A stretch of DNA of 64,000 bases. Source: Okamejei kenojei. Lineage: Eukaryota. This document shows, piece after piece, positions 12,717 to 25,320 of this stretch (position 1 is its first letter; every line of letters begins with the position of its first letter). A program made the position numbers and the translations under genes. Location: positions 17,918,001 through 17,982,000 of the forward strand of contig CM069159.1 in NCBI GenBank assembly GCA_035221665.1, given 5' to 3'. The notes beneath the pieces were generated by a model that was not told the DNA's origin, did no database searches, and saw only the letters and a program-made list of their open reading frames with translations.

Positions 12717-15633
12717 AACCTCTGGAGATTAGAGGGAAATGCCGGATAGACAATAAATGCTGACCTTGCTGTGATGCCAATAAGAAAAATAATGAAATTA
12801 TGAATTTTATTGAATGATGCCACATAAACATTACAACGTAAGGAGTCAGAATTTCGCTGATTAAAACCCACTAATGAAGTTGCCTGCTCATCTCTTCGGC
12901 TCAGAAACTAATTAGATTTTTATGCGGGCTCAATTAGAATGCAGGTATACTATTATTGTTATTGTAATTTTAATTTAATATGCCCTTTGACCAGCGAGCA
13001 GTGAAGTTTCAATTCCTGTAACTCTGGAAAACTCTTTTTAATATAAGCTTTCAAATGTTATTATTCCATAACAATGTTAATGGTGTTTCTCAAGTGGAAA
13101 GGATTTACTGTCTGTTTGTAAGATCTTCAAATGTTCTCCATTCATCTTTGTTCACAATCTGTACATCAATATTTTAGCCATTGAAACGAGAATTAGTCTT
13201 TAAAAACAAAACAAAATCTCTTTGTTTCACCTCCATTTTGTGTGATCAAGACAAAGGCCGAAGGGTTTTGTGATAAGAACCAAGTAAATCACTCCATGCA
13301 AACAGCTTAATTCCCCAAACTTACCCTGGCAGTTTCTGTCATGTATTAAGTTTTGACAGGAGGAATATGGCACATCTGACATGTATTTAGTCACAGTTGT
13401 CCACTATTATACAAGCCCTGCCTTTCATTCACATGCAGGCATTCTGACAGGAAGTGGATTGCTGAATTTGCATCATTTTTGTGTGATGTCCTTCGCTGAA
13501 TTATTCTGAAGAGGGGAAAAGTGAGACAATTTATTTTCAGCAAAGAGACTTTTGAATTCTGTTGCCAAGCGATTACCAGTCTGATTTTAACCTCTGTTGT
13601 CGCCTCAGTTTTTGATAAAAATGACAGCTGATTCTATTATTTGATCCTGCCAATAGCTAATTATTCCTGTGAGACATCATGGTTTTTCATATAATTCTGC
13701 CCATTGTTGTTGAGACTAAAAATGAATTTGCTGTCGCTCCATTTCCCTTGATCCTTTCAGGAAAAAAATGTTTTAACCTGTGCAAATAAACTTTACCGAA
13801 GTTCATTGTACAGGCATGGAATGCGTTAAAAGTAAATTGTATACATAATTGAAGCCAATTCAAATGTAATTATGAACAGGTAGACGCAGTGGAGGGAAGT
13901 TAAAAGAAATTCAATTTTCAGAAATAAACTTTCACAAAGAACAGTTGAGTATGTGTGCAGAATCTCCCTGGCCTTTGCTCACCCACCATAAGTCTTCCAG
14001 TCCTTTTTTTTGTTTTTTTCTTATCAGTACATTTTGTTTCCAACTTCTTGGAAGATCCACACTATCTCAAATATGATAATCATAACATTGGATGTGCTAA
14101 ACTTTTTGTTTTGCACTGTAGCAGTTTTCTTCTCAGAATTCTATACCACTCTCATCCCCCTTCCCCCACGTTTTATCTATAAGGTGGGGGAAACGCCATA
14201 GATAAAACAAACAAAAGCAATATTTCTGCAGGCAACTTTATCTCAATAAATTGATTCTTCTGCTCTGTAACTCAATTCTGTAAAAGCACCATGCTCTAAA
14301 ATCAAAACCTCTCATTGCCTAATATTCTGTTTCACCTATGGCTATGGACTGGTCGCAGGGATATGAGACAAATGCAGGCAAATGGGATAAGCTTAGGTGG
14401 ATTGTCTTGGTCGTCATTGTTGAATAAGGCTTGTTTCCATGCTCCTTGTCTCTCTGTCCCTTTTTGACAGAATGGTGTGGAGGTGACAGATTTTCAAAGG
14501 TCTGTGTGATAGTCCATTATTCTGTATACAAAGCACAGAGTACAGTAACACAGCCAAAAAGCACCCTTCTGAAATCGGGTTCAATTGAACTCTGTGAATG
14601 TTGATTCCTTTTCCAAACAGAATAAATAGAAAGTCCATTTGGACTTGTAATTCACTGTGGTGTTGGGACATTGACCCAAGGACGACATCAACAGAAGTGA
14701 ACGGCTTAACAGAAGAAGCAGTTTGGCATTATCTGATGCCCAGTCGGAACCTATGAATGATTCAGCAAACTTCACCCCGTTGTTTTGAGGTTTGTTGTGC
14801 TTACGTTTGGCGGATGCCCCAGTTTTACATGCAACTACTCAATAAAACCAATGGACATGAAGCCCATTTTCAGGCACAGAATGTGAAGTCACCTTCTGAT
14901 TGAAAGCATGAACAATATTGCCACAGGTAGCATCAGGCCAGGTGCTAAAGTTTATTGGCAGGGTTGCCTTGTTAGACAGTGAAACATTTTCTATAATGGG
15001 TGTATAATATTGATCCTGAGTGAAAGAGGCAAGTAATAACTTTTGTAACACCCGAGAGCCATCTTGAGTGTTCAAATCAAATGCCTTGTTTATTTTAGCT
15101 GCAGCAGCCTTTTCACCTGTCTCATTTTGAGCTTAAGGGATACCAAATTATTCATGTCATTAAATTAATTTAAAAATTAAAGGACATTTGCCCTTTGACT
15201 TACAAAGGTTAGAAGAAAAATACAATGTGTTGTTTAAAAGCCTGAAGTCATTTTTCTTAGAATTTCCTCCTCGGTGTGGTAATATTCAGTGTTTGGGAGC
15301 ATCATTGAAACTGGGATGACAACTCCTGCTTGACAAAAATATGAATCATAGGACATGGGATGACTGGAAAACAGTTATGTGTTATGCTGAGGTACTGAGA
15401 TGGCAGGTGGGATGGTTACTTTCCCAGACAGTATGCAGTGAAATTAGGCGACAATCTCTCAGGATTGTTTTTCCTACAATTTAACCTATTAAGTACTGAA
15501 ATGTTTTAGAAAGGCAGGAAATAAAATCAAATGCATCCTTCTGCATTTGTGCCCACACAGCTCCTTTTTTTAGAAGAACCCAATGTTTGTTATATGCCGG
15601 AGGATGACTGATTTAAAACGTCATTGTTTTGTT

Positions 15634-15864
15634 GAAGAAAGACACGAAAAGCTGGAGTGACTTAGCGGGACAGGCAGCATCTCTGGAGAGAAGAAGTGGG
15701 TGACTGAAGAAGAGTCTCAGTCACCCACTTTTCAGTCTGAAGAAGAGTCTCGACCCGAAATGTCACCCATTCCTTCTCCCCAGAGATGCTGCCTGTCCCG
15801 CTGAGTTACTCCAGCCTTTTGTATCTATCTTCAGTTTAAACCAGCATCTACAGTTCCTTCCTAC
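15634..15864. mobile_element. Palindromic Penelope terminal mini-element
   Basis: Inverted units; attgttttgtt duplicated at 15623-15633 and 16108-16118, with a MITE nested at the right end. Confidence 0.85.
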
Positions 15865-15867
15865 TTA

Positions 15868-16104
15868 AGGGCCTGTCCCACTTTCGCGAACTAATTCACA
15901 ACCTTTTTTACTCGTGGACATTTTTCATCATGCTAGAAAAAACGTCCCGACCTACTTGATGCCATGAGTACCTACGACTAATATCACGGCCTGCTACAAC
16001 CTACCTACGACCTCCCGCGACCTCGTGACGACCATGCTGTGAATATGAGTCAAGGGAAACTTGGCAGAGGTCGTGAATTAGGTCGTGAAAGTGGGGCAGG
16101 CCCT
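15868..16104. mobile_element. PIF/Harbinger-like MITE
   Basis: TIRs agggcctgtcccactttcgcgaactaattcac / gtgaattaggtcgtgaaagtggggcaggccct; TTA TSD at 15865-15867 and 16105-16107. Confidence 0.85.
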
Positions 16105-16529
16105 TTAATTGTTTTGTTTTTGAGTTCCCTACCGGTGTAGTGCTGATGAAACCTTCCTTTGATGTTTCTTTTTACAGATTTACACACTCAATGCTAAAAG
16201 AGCATTGGGAAATTAATTTAATAGTTGAACTAGAAGTGGCCATCTGTCTTGATTGCATTCCCGCAGTATTCCACATGCCCTTTATTTGTCAGTAAGTTGA
16301 GTAGACTAATTCACAATCCCAAGTACTGGTGAATAAAGCATAAAGAAGGGATTTACAGTAAATGCTATGTAAACAGGGAAGGATCAAAGCAAACTGCATC
16401 AATCTACTGAGCAATCTGTTGTTTTTATTTTTTTAATTCTGTATGTTACCACAAAAGTGCCCAAACGTGCTGTCCCTTCAAAATGATTTCACTGTTATTT
16501 TTGCCTCATCATCTAGTCTGGTCTCTCAA

Positions 16530-17583
16530 CCAAGACCCACAATCGCAACAGGGACAGAGTCCCCCTAGTCTTTACCTTTCACCCCATCAGCCGTCGCATA
16601 CAACACATAATCCTCCAACATTTTCTCCACCTCCAATGGGATCCCAACACCAGTCACATCTTCCCATCTCCACCCCTTTCCGCCTTCTGCAGAGACTGTT
16701 CCGTCTTCAACTCCCTGGTTAACTCATCCCTTCCCACCCAAACTACCTTCTCCCCAGGTACCTTCCCTCACAGGAGATGCAACACCTGTCCCTGCACCTC
16801 CTCCCTTGACTCTGTCCAGGGACCCCGACAGTCTTTTCAGGTTAGGCAGATGTTCAGCAGAGTGTTTAATGTTTTATGTGTCATTCCTAACGGTCACTGT
16901 ATGTCATGTTGTCACTTGCGGGCGGAGCACCATGGCAAATTCCTTGTATGTGAATATACTTGGCTAATAAACATTCATTCATTCACTTGCACCTCCTCCA
17001 ACCTCATCTATTGTATCTGTTGTTCAAAATGTGGACTCTTATACATCGGCGAGACCAAACGTAGTTTGAGCGATCGTTTTGCTGATTATCTTCGCTCACT
17101 CCACCTGGACCTACCTAATCTCCTGGTTGCTAAACACTTTAATTCTCCTTCCCATTCCCACACTGACCTTTCTGTCCTAGGTCCATTGTCAAAGTGAGGT
17201 CAAATGCAAATTAGAGGAACATCATCTTTTATTTTGCTTGGGCAGCTTACAGCCCAGCGGTATGAATATTGATTTCTCTAACTTCAAGTAACCCCCGCAT
17301 TCCCTCTCTCTCTCTCTCTCTCTCCATCCATCCCCCACCCAAGTCACACTAGCTCCTCATTTTCACCCAACAAATAGCTAATAATGACCTGTTTCCTTTA
17401 TCATCATTACATTTGTGCATATCTTTCATTCATTGTTCTTTATCTTTCTACATCATCATCTGTATCTCTCATTTTCCTTTCCTCTGTCTAGTCTGAAGAA
17501 GGGTCTTGACCCGAAACATCACCCATTCCTTCTCTCCAGAGATGCTGCCTGTTCCGCAGAGTTACTCCAGCTTTTTGTGTCTA
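16530..17583 (+). mobile_element. Penelope-like element (Neptune type), 3' part with GIY-YIG endonuclease
   Basis: DRVPLVFTFHP motif, FTCTSSNLIYCICCSKCGLLYIGETKRSLSDRF, and a terminal repeat at ~17490-17583; frameshifted. Confidence 0.92.
16856..16984 (+). mobile_element. Short LINE 3' tail inserted into the Penelope ORF
   Basis: Interrupts ...gttca|cttgcacc and ends aataaa(catt)n. Confidence 0.65.
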
Positions 17584-18062
17584 ACCACTATTCCCAATCT
17601 TTTCACGGGATATGGACACGTTGGGCAGAAGCCCCAGTTTCCGTACTGTATGACTCCATGACTATGAAAGTTTGAGAATCAAATTTGGCCAATCATCATG
17701 ACTTTCCAAATCCTGGGCTGAATTATTTCTCACAGTTTTCGGAGTTAATAAAACTAGAAATGGGGTTTTTACCAGCTGTAAAACCTGGCTTGTTTAATTT
17801 AAATACTATCATATATATGTATATATGTCTATATATATATAACATTCACAGTTATTATGTTTGAAGTAAATTAAGCGTTAATTTTTTTTTAATTAAGGAA
17901 AATAAATTTAAAGAATGGCATAATATTTGGAGATATTAAAGTAAAGCTCAATAATTTAAACAAAGTAAATTCATTCTCTCCCTCCTAATCTGACATGCTA
18001 CAGACCCCAGTTAGATTAATGGGAGTCTTGGATTTAACACATGATCTGACCTGGACCAAAAG

Positions 18063-18385
18063 GTCATAGAGTCATAGTCATATAGCACAGAAACAGGTCC
18101 GTCAGCTCAACTCATCCATGTTGACCACAATGACCCATGTACGCTTGTCCTGTTTGCCCACATTTGGCTTATATCCCTCAAATCCTTTCCTATCCCATGT
18201 ACCTGTCCAAGTGTCTTTTAAATTGTGTTACAGGATCAGCCTCAACTACTTTTCCAGCAACACATTCCATATACCCGCCACCCTCTCAGTGAAAAAGTTC
18301 CACTGCTGGTTCGTATTAAATCTTAAACATTTAATCACCTTAAACATATTTCCTTTTTGGATTCCCTCAACCTGGGTAAAAGATT
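18063..18385 (-). mobile_element. CR1/HER1 3' end
   Basis: gtcatagagtcatag tail; the body resembles 59565-59890. Confidence 0.75.
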
Positions 18386-18436
18386 CATCTTCCTTCTTCA
18401 GATGACTTCACTGAAAGTCCAGTCACAAAGTGAACT

Positions 18437-18563
18437 CTGGATAGAAGGAATGGGTGATGTTTCGGGTCGAGACCCTTCTCCAGTCTGAAGAAGGGTCTTG
18501 GCACGAAATGTTACTCATTCTTTCTATATAGAGATGTAAACCAGCATCTGCAGTTCCTTCCTG
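18437..18563. mobile_element. Palindromic Penelope mini-element with 13-bp TSD
   Basis: cacaaagtgaact at 18424-18436 and 18564-18576. Confidence 0.85.
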
Positions 18564-19229
18564 CACAAAGTGAACTGACGTATTTATTTTTCCAAAGTTG
18601 TAAATTAGTCCCACATTTCTGCGTTTCGCATTTTCAAGAGTTTCTGCAGTTTCACCAGCTTGAACTCCAATGGTCCTGATTGGTACAGCTAGAAATAACT
18701 GGCAAGATTGAGGCCTAATTTAGATTGAGAGCTGTCACTTTCTCTGCATATTGCATTTGCCTGAATGCCTGAACAACACATTCTGAGATTCCAAATCTTA
18801 TTGTTTAATCCTTCCTTGAGGATAAATCAAAGGCTTGGATTCAACATTCTGTCCCCTAAATAACTCGCCATGTATTATGGATAATGCTGTAATGTTTAAA
18901 CATGCCTCGGTAATCTCTTTCATGGTTGAAATCCAATTCTTAAACTTTAATTATTAAGTAGGTTTGTTTTAAAACTAAGTGCGTGCAGTATGTCTTTTCT
19001 CATACAAGGTAATGCCTGTCACACATTGTTAGAGAATGAATGCTTATTTAGATATACTTTGCTGAGAAGGGCAATGATGCAAGTACTCAGTGCTGTAGAG
19101 TTCGGGATTCTGTAGGAATAATAGTTTAACATATATATCATGCTGCTGGAACTCTACTCTGTTACTGTTGCAGTTCAAAAGATCACAAGTATTAGATTAG
19201 TCACAAGGTATAACACAAGTATTACTATA

Positions 19230-19380
19230 GACCTACAGGTTCATAGGTTAATTGGCTAGGTATAATGGTACAATTGTCCCTAGTATGTGTAGGAGAGTGT
19301 TAGTGTGCGGGGATTGCTGGTCAGCGAGTACATGATGGGCTGAAGGGCCTGTTTCCACACTGTATCTCTAAACTAAACTG
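19230..19380 (+). mobile_element. HE1-like SINE, 3' half
   Basis: ggttaattggc...ttgtccctagt...gggctgaagggcctgtttcc...tctctaaactaaac. Confidence 0.75.
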
Positions 19381-19584
19381 TTAGATTTATGCTAAAAATG
19401 TAGGTCCATCTCTCAGAATCCAATATCTAAGCCCTGAAATTTAAAATACAAGACATTGATTAATAAAAAATAAAGAAGAAGAAATTGACTATTTATGTTT
19501 TCACCAAAATAGTTTAATTGTTGTTTTTTATCACAGGTACCGAGATAAAGCAAACTCCTTTTGCATACCAGCGATAGACAGAGT

Positions 19585-19890
19585 GTTTTACTCAGAGTAG
19601 GGGAATAAAGATCCAGAGGACATAAGTTTCAGGTGAGAAGGTATAGATGGGAAACTAAGGGGCAATCTTTTTCACACACAGGTTGGTGGGTGTATGGAAG
19701 TAGCTGCCTGAGTAGGTAGATGAGGCAGGTAATATAACAACCTTTAAAAGGCATTTGGACAGAGACATAGATGAAAGGTTTAGAAGGATATGTGTGAAAC
19801 ATGGGCTGGTGGAACTAGCATGGATGTAGCATCTTGGTCTGCAGGGGCAAGTTGAGCCAAAGAGCCTATTTCCATGCAGCATGACTCTAA
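19585..19890 (+). mobile_element. CR1/HER1 3' end
   Basis: agaggacataagtttcaggtgaga...ttttcacacacaggttggtgggtgtatggaa (TRGH / FFTQRVV..WN region) plus tail. Confidence 0.8.
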
Positions 19891-21069
19891 CCAGTGAGAT
19901 CATACATAAGTAAAAAAACTGTCGTGTGTTAAAGAAAAAGTAGATTTCTTATGAGATAGTATACAAAGTCACCATGCTCATGGCGCATTGTTGTACCTTT
20001 CAAGTATCAAGTTCTTAAAAATATTGAGTCTTATCTTGGCATGATTGTCCTAGCGGCGACACTGGGTTCATGGTGCTGTCTGCGTTGTCCTCTGCTGCTC
20101 CGCTGTTCCATGCCACAACAGGCCAGGGGATCTGTAAATGAGGACTTGACTTGTGGGTTCTGCACCTGAGGACTTTCTTGCAAAGCCTATTTGGCCCTTC
20201 AAGCTCAGTATGTCAGAGTTGCAGAATTGGCCCTAAACCTAATGTTAGCACACAATGAAAAACGACCAGACTCTGTCCCTTCATCTTATTGCAAAAGCAA
20301 CATCCATGCCATGTTCCAGGAAAAGTCAGCAGAAGATTGGATAACACTGCAGTTTTGTCTATCTTTCCCAACCCACTCAGACCTGGCTTTCTGCTGAGTA
20401 AACAAGGGATTAACTAAAGGTGGAATGTTGCTGATAACCACAGCAAAGTCACTTGGAGTGACCTTGCTCCTGGTCGATCAAATTGTGTTGAAGTAGGGGA
20501 GGCTGAAGGCAATTGTGGCAAGTGTATAAGTCTTTGTACTTGCGATATGCCGGGTCATGCTTTAATCATTTCAATGGCTGCACTCGCAATCTCAGTTCTC
20601 CATGTGTCGATGAACATGCTACTTGAGTTTGTTTCTTGTTCGGCCATCTCATGTATAATATTGAAGTGCCAGGTATCATCAGAAAGAGCTTGCTCTATTT
20701 GTACTGGAAGTACAGGTCATTAAATAGCAATGTGATTTTACGTGGTTGCCGTCCATAGCATCATCTGAAACATTGATGTTCTTATTGGATGCATCCAACA
20801 TCTAACCACACTTGACCACAAAAGTGAGAAACGAGGGGAATTTGTGTATTGTGAGAAGGAGAAAAATAATGGCTTGCTTTTATCAGAATGTCTCCAATAC
20901 CCTTTATTGATTTGTGACGTGGTTGCACTCCACGTGAACCATAATGGGTAAGTAGTTCCAATCATTTCAATGAATGGCACAAATTGCAGTCAAAATTGTT
21001 CAGGTTTGGGGAAATGGCCTTTCTAATCACATTAGCGAGCTGCTGAATAATAAGCTAAAGCAATGAAAA

Positions 21070-21306
21070 AGGGTGGTGAGTCTCTGGAACTCTCTGCCAC
21101 AGAGGGTAGTTGAGGCCAGTTCATTGGCTATATTTAAGAGTGAGTTGGATGTGGCCCTTGTGGCTAAGGGGATCAGAGGGTATGGAGAGAAGGCAGGTAC
21201 GGGATACTGAGTTGGATGATCAGCCATGATCATATTGAATGGCGGTGCAGGCTCGAAGGGCTGAATGGCCTACTCCTGCACCTAATTTCTATGTTTCTAT
21301 GTTTCT
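21070..21306 (+). mobile_element. CR1/HER1 3' end, well preserved
   Basis: RVVSLWNSLPQR coding, ggatatggagagaaggcaggtacgggatactga, and (ttctatg)n tail. Confidence 0.9.
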
Positions 21307-21407
21307 AAAAAGGCTGTTGGGGGTAGTGTTTTAGTAATTTTTAAATTATTTTTCAAAGTTTGCTTGAAGATGTATTCAGTGGGACATGTGATGGTAATCT
21401 GAGGCAG

Positions 21408-21498
21408 ACAAAAATGCTGGAGAAACTCAGCGGGTGAGGCAGCATCTATGGACCGAAGGAAATGGGCAACGTTTCGTGTCGATCTTCTTCAGACTTCA
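21408..21498 (-). mobile_element. Penelope terminal mini-insertion with ~18-bp TSD
   Basis: gatggtaatctga(g/t)gcag at 21390-21407 and 21499-21516. Confidence 0.8.
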
Positions 21499-22065
21499 GA
21501 TGGTAATCTGATGCAGCTTCATTAATGCATCATGATGATGATAGTGATGATGATAATTAAAGTTATCATCAGAAGGTGAGCACCTCTGATGTATCCCGAT
21601 TTTACCAAACCAACAGCAATTAAAACAAAGCCATGCAGGATCATTAATGGCCCATGTGCATACAGCTGACAATTCCTTTGTGAAATAACCAAACAACTTC
21701 ACAGATTTTAAAATGTGACGTTCCTCCTTAAAAAGATTTATATTAAGAACTTCAACAAAGTCCAGCATATCAACTTCTTCAGTGGAAATTGTAACTATGT
21801 TTGACGTAGAGACAAGGGCATGTTTCATTGAGAAGTGTTGGCACAGCAGTTAAGTGGCCAAACTGTAGAACTAATGGCTAGGAAGAGCACTTCAGAGTAT
21901 TGAATTCAAATCTCTACGCTGGGAAATTTAAATTCATAAGTGTATGCTTTTGCAAAAAATGTAACTATTATGATGATCTCAAATTTATCAGATTCCTTTG
22001 AAATCCGTCTGATTTGCTCATGTTCTTTGGAAATCCTCCACTTCTGGCTTGTATGTGTTCCATGG

Positions 22066-22207
22066 TCGTCTTCTTCTTGCGTGTGGCGTGCACAGCCTAA
22101 AGTTGTAGGACAACTTGTTCTATTTGATCTTATTTGATTGTGCACGCCGGGTTGATTGCATTCGTCGAAACAGGGCAGACCACGTGAAGGTTGCAATCTC
22201 CCACACC
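22066..22207 (-). mobile_element. Short non-coding retroposon with HDV-like ribozyme head and (AAG)n tail
   Basis: CpG-rich 140-bp unit ending ...gcacgccacacgcaagaagaagacga; a diverged 3' copy lies at ~39473-39531. Confidence 0.7.
22154..22207 (-). ncRNA. Putative minimal HDV-like self-cleaving ribozyme
   Basis: GGUGUGG-GA-GAUUGCA-ACC-UUCACGU-GGU-CUGCCCU-GUUUCGA-CGAA-UGCAAUC follows the order P1, P2, P3, L3, P3', P1', vestigial P4, C-GAA, P2'. Confidence 0.65.
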
Positions 22208-23579
22208 AGACATACTACCTGACCCACTGTTACTCCAGCACTGTGTGTCTTTTTTTGATTAATTGAACCTCTGTTCATAAATCGCTAAAAGTAGCTGAAA
22301 GTGAGTTGGCATAATAAAAGGTGACACAGTGTGTTTCTCAACCATTGTTGGTCCAACCTATTGCTGCAATTAATTCATATTGATATTTGCCTTGAGTCTA
22401 TTTCGTCCTCTCATCAGCACAAGGCTCCATCTTGGCATCCTTATGAGTTGCAAATTTGTTAAAAATGTCAGGGTTTTTTTTAAATGAACAGTGTATACCC
22501 TCCTGAGATTTGAAATATGTTATCCACACAATAATAGCATTTGAAGCTTTTGCACAATTGACTTTGAATGAACATTTTTTGGGAAAATTTGCAAACGTGT
22601 AAAAATGTGGGTTATAAATAGAACAGCTAATGGTGTGTGGTTGTAAGACCAAGGTCAATGACTCAGCCAGGCCACCTTCATTAGAATGAATGTTCTGTCA
22701 TGCCAGAAAGGTTAATGCATTAGTTTATCTGTTCTCAAATGTCGAACACCTGATTTGCAATTTCATAACATTCCTCTTGTTTGCATTTCCATGCTGCTAT
22801 CTGGTAGATATGAAAGGATGATATATTAAGATCGAACCCAGGTTTCCTGTGGGTTTTAACACGTGGGCGTGCTAACGGGGTAAGGAGTGGACTTGTAATC
22901 TGAAAATCTGGATCTTGGTGGTGATTGTCAGTCTTGGACACAAGTAACTGCAAATGTTGGTTTACAATAAAAGACTGGAGTAACTCAGTGAGTGCGCTTT
23001 GGGATCAGCACCACTGGCGATAAGGTGTCAACCTTGCAGTTCCAGATGTCTATGCAGAAGTTTGGACTTGCAGATTTGGAGGCCTGAATCTGACCATTAG
23101 CTCAACATGAAGTCCAATTTTGCTGTGATTCTCAAGCTTGATCTTGGATTATCAATTTGTGAATCAGATCAGATCTGGAGCCAGACTCCTGTCCAAGTCG
23201 AGCATCATCCTGGCTCAGAAATATATTTTTGGTCCTTTGTTGTCCATGGGTTTAAATCCTGAATCAGCCAACCCAACAGTATTTTGGAAAATCTTTCACC
23301 AGAAGCAGTGCAGCAATTCAAAACCTCCTCAAGGGCTATTTCAGACAGGTACAAAATGCCTGAAGTCCTGCAGCCACCCAGAATCTAACCATGAACATAA
23401 AATATACATTCCAATGGGACAGTTTGACATGATTTAGAAGGCAAAGTAAAGTTGTTTCCGTCTGAAATCAGTTTGTTTTAATTTGGTAGTTATTTATAAA
23501 TGTTTTGTGTGTTTTTATCTGGGTTTGTCGAGGATTTAGATAAGGATGGAAACAAACTATTCAAGTGCACTCTATTGAC

Positions 23580-24365
23580 AATGAGGGAAGCTAGGGAAGA
23601 AACTGGAGGGCCAAGAGCACAGATTATTGCATGATCAATTGCCTCTGGGAAGATGCCGGAAGATTAGAGGGTGGCTAATGTTCTTCTTCTATTTAAGTTA
23701 GGCCTAAGGAAATCCATGGGAACAACAAATAAGAGTGTAAATCAGTGGTGACTACCTTATTGGAAGGGTTTCTGAGAGGCAGAATCTTATGTGCATTTCA
23801 AAAGCCATGGAGTGATTAAGCATAATTAGCTTTGTGCATGGAAAATCATGTCTCACTGATTTGATTGAGTTTTTTGAAGAGGGAACAAAGGAGCTTGTTG
23901 AGGGGAGTGAGGAAGATGTTGTCTATTTTGAAAGGCCTTTGGCAAGGCACTACATGGTTGTCTGGATCGGAAGATTAGGTCCGAGGCAAGCGGGCAAAAT
24001 GGATATAAACACAAAATGCTCAGACGATGTTGGTAGAAGATTTTTTTCAGTCGTTCAGTATATAAACAATTTGTATGTGAATGTAGATGACGTTGTTACT
24101 CATTTGGCGAATGTCACTAAAATTGGTGATATATTGGACAGTGAAAGAGTTTTTCCACAATTACAATGCAATCTTGATCAACTGGGCCAATCGTCTGAGG
24201 AATGGCAGACAGTGTTTAATTCAGATAAAAGTAGGGAGCTGGATTTTGGTGGGACATATCAGGACAGGACTTGTATAAGCATGTGGGACTGGATCGCTTA
24301 AGAAACTTGGTTGGCATGGAAGAGTTGGGCCAAAGGACGTGTTTTCATGCTGTATACATTCATGA
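23580..24365 (+). mobile_element. Degraded, internally deleted CR1 LINE RT
   Basis: Remnants HGKSCLTDLIEFFEE, YINNL, TKIG and WQTVFNSDK, plus a CR1 tail. Confidence 0.8.
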
Positions 24366-24439
24366 GATCTTCTTTCTAAATGCTTATTAGAAATTGCACC
24401 ACATCCACCATTTAGTAATATCAATTCTGGCTTTGTATC

Positions 24440-24950
24440 TCAGCCTCGCTTATCTGTACTAATTACACTTCCCTTATTTCCTTAAAATCCCAAATTCTAT
24501 TGATATCTGTATTGACTATCGTCTGTGACTGTTCTTCCAGAGGCATTTCACTGGAGAATTCAAAATTTTCAATACACTTTGCTGAAGAAATTTATTTTCA
24601 ACTCTAAGTCTTTATTTTGAGAAACAGTGATCATAGTTTCCGGATACCACAACCAGGACAAATCATTTGTGCGACTATTCTGTCAACCTGCAAGAATGTT
24701 GTGTTTCAATGAGATCAAGTCACATTTATTTGAACTGTTGAGTGTGTAGGTCAGTTTGCTAAATCTCCCCTCATAGGAAAATTCTCCCAAGAATCGACTT
24801 GGTGAACTTTCACTGCACTCCCTCTATCACCAATGTATATTTTCGTTTTGAGAGGAGAACCACACCTGCGAACAATATTCTCAATAAGATCTGACCAGGG
24901 CTCTATGAGCAAAACATATTTACTCAAACCTGTTTGTTCACTTTGTTCAC
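24440..24950 (-). mobile_element. Old CR1-like fragment
   Basis: ggtgaactttcactgcactccctcta...gagaaccacacctgcgaacaatattctc resembles the antisense CR1 C-terminal region. Confidence 0.5.
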
Positions 24951-25228
24951 TTGTTTAATTGTGTACATATCTGCATTTTAACTTTCCCTTATTCATCCAC
25001 AACGAAATCCATTCTCCTTTGAAAGTCAACACTTTCTCACAAATCTCTCAGTAAATTCTCACATACTGTATATTGTTTTTTGAAATGGTCGCCTTAATAG
25101 TTTTTTAAGTTTCCCTGTAGACGCATTAAGATCAATTGCAGCTTTTCACACAGGCAAAGGCCCAGCTTGTGCTGTGCCGGATGCCAGAAGCTCTCGGGGA
25201 CACCTCTGGCCACTATCTCTGATAAGAC

Positions 25229-25320
25229 CAGTCTGAAGAAGGGTCTCGACCCAAAACATCACCCATTTCTTCTCTGCAGAAATGCTGCTTGTCCCGCTGA
25301 GATACTCCAGTTTTTTGTGT
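25229..25320 (+). mobile_element. Penelope terminal mini-insertion with ~16-bp TSD
   Basis: ctatctctg(a/c)taagac at 25213-25228 and 25321-25336; the insert starts at cagtctgaagaag. Confidence 0.85.

Noticed and set aside
14680-14790. Protein-like frame DDINRSERLNRRSSLALSDAQSEPMNDSANFTPLF*
   Set aside because: The preceding AG lacks a polypyrimidine tract and I recognise no homologue.
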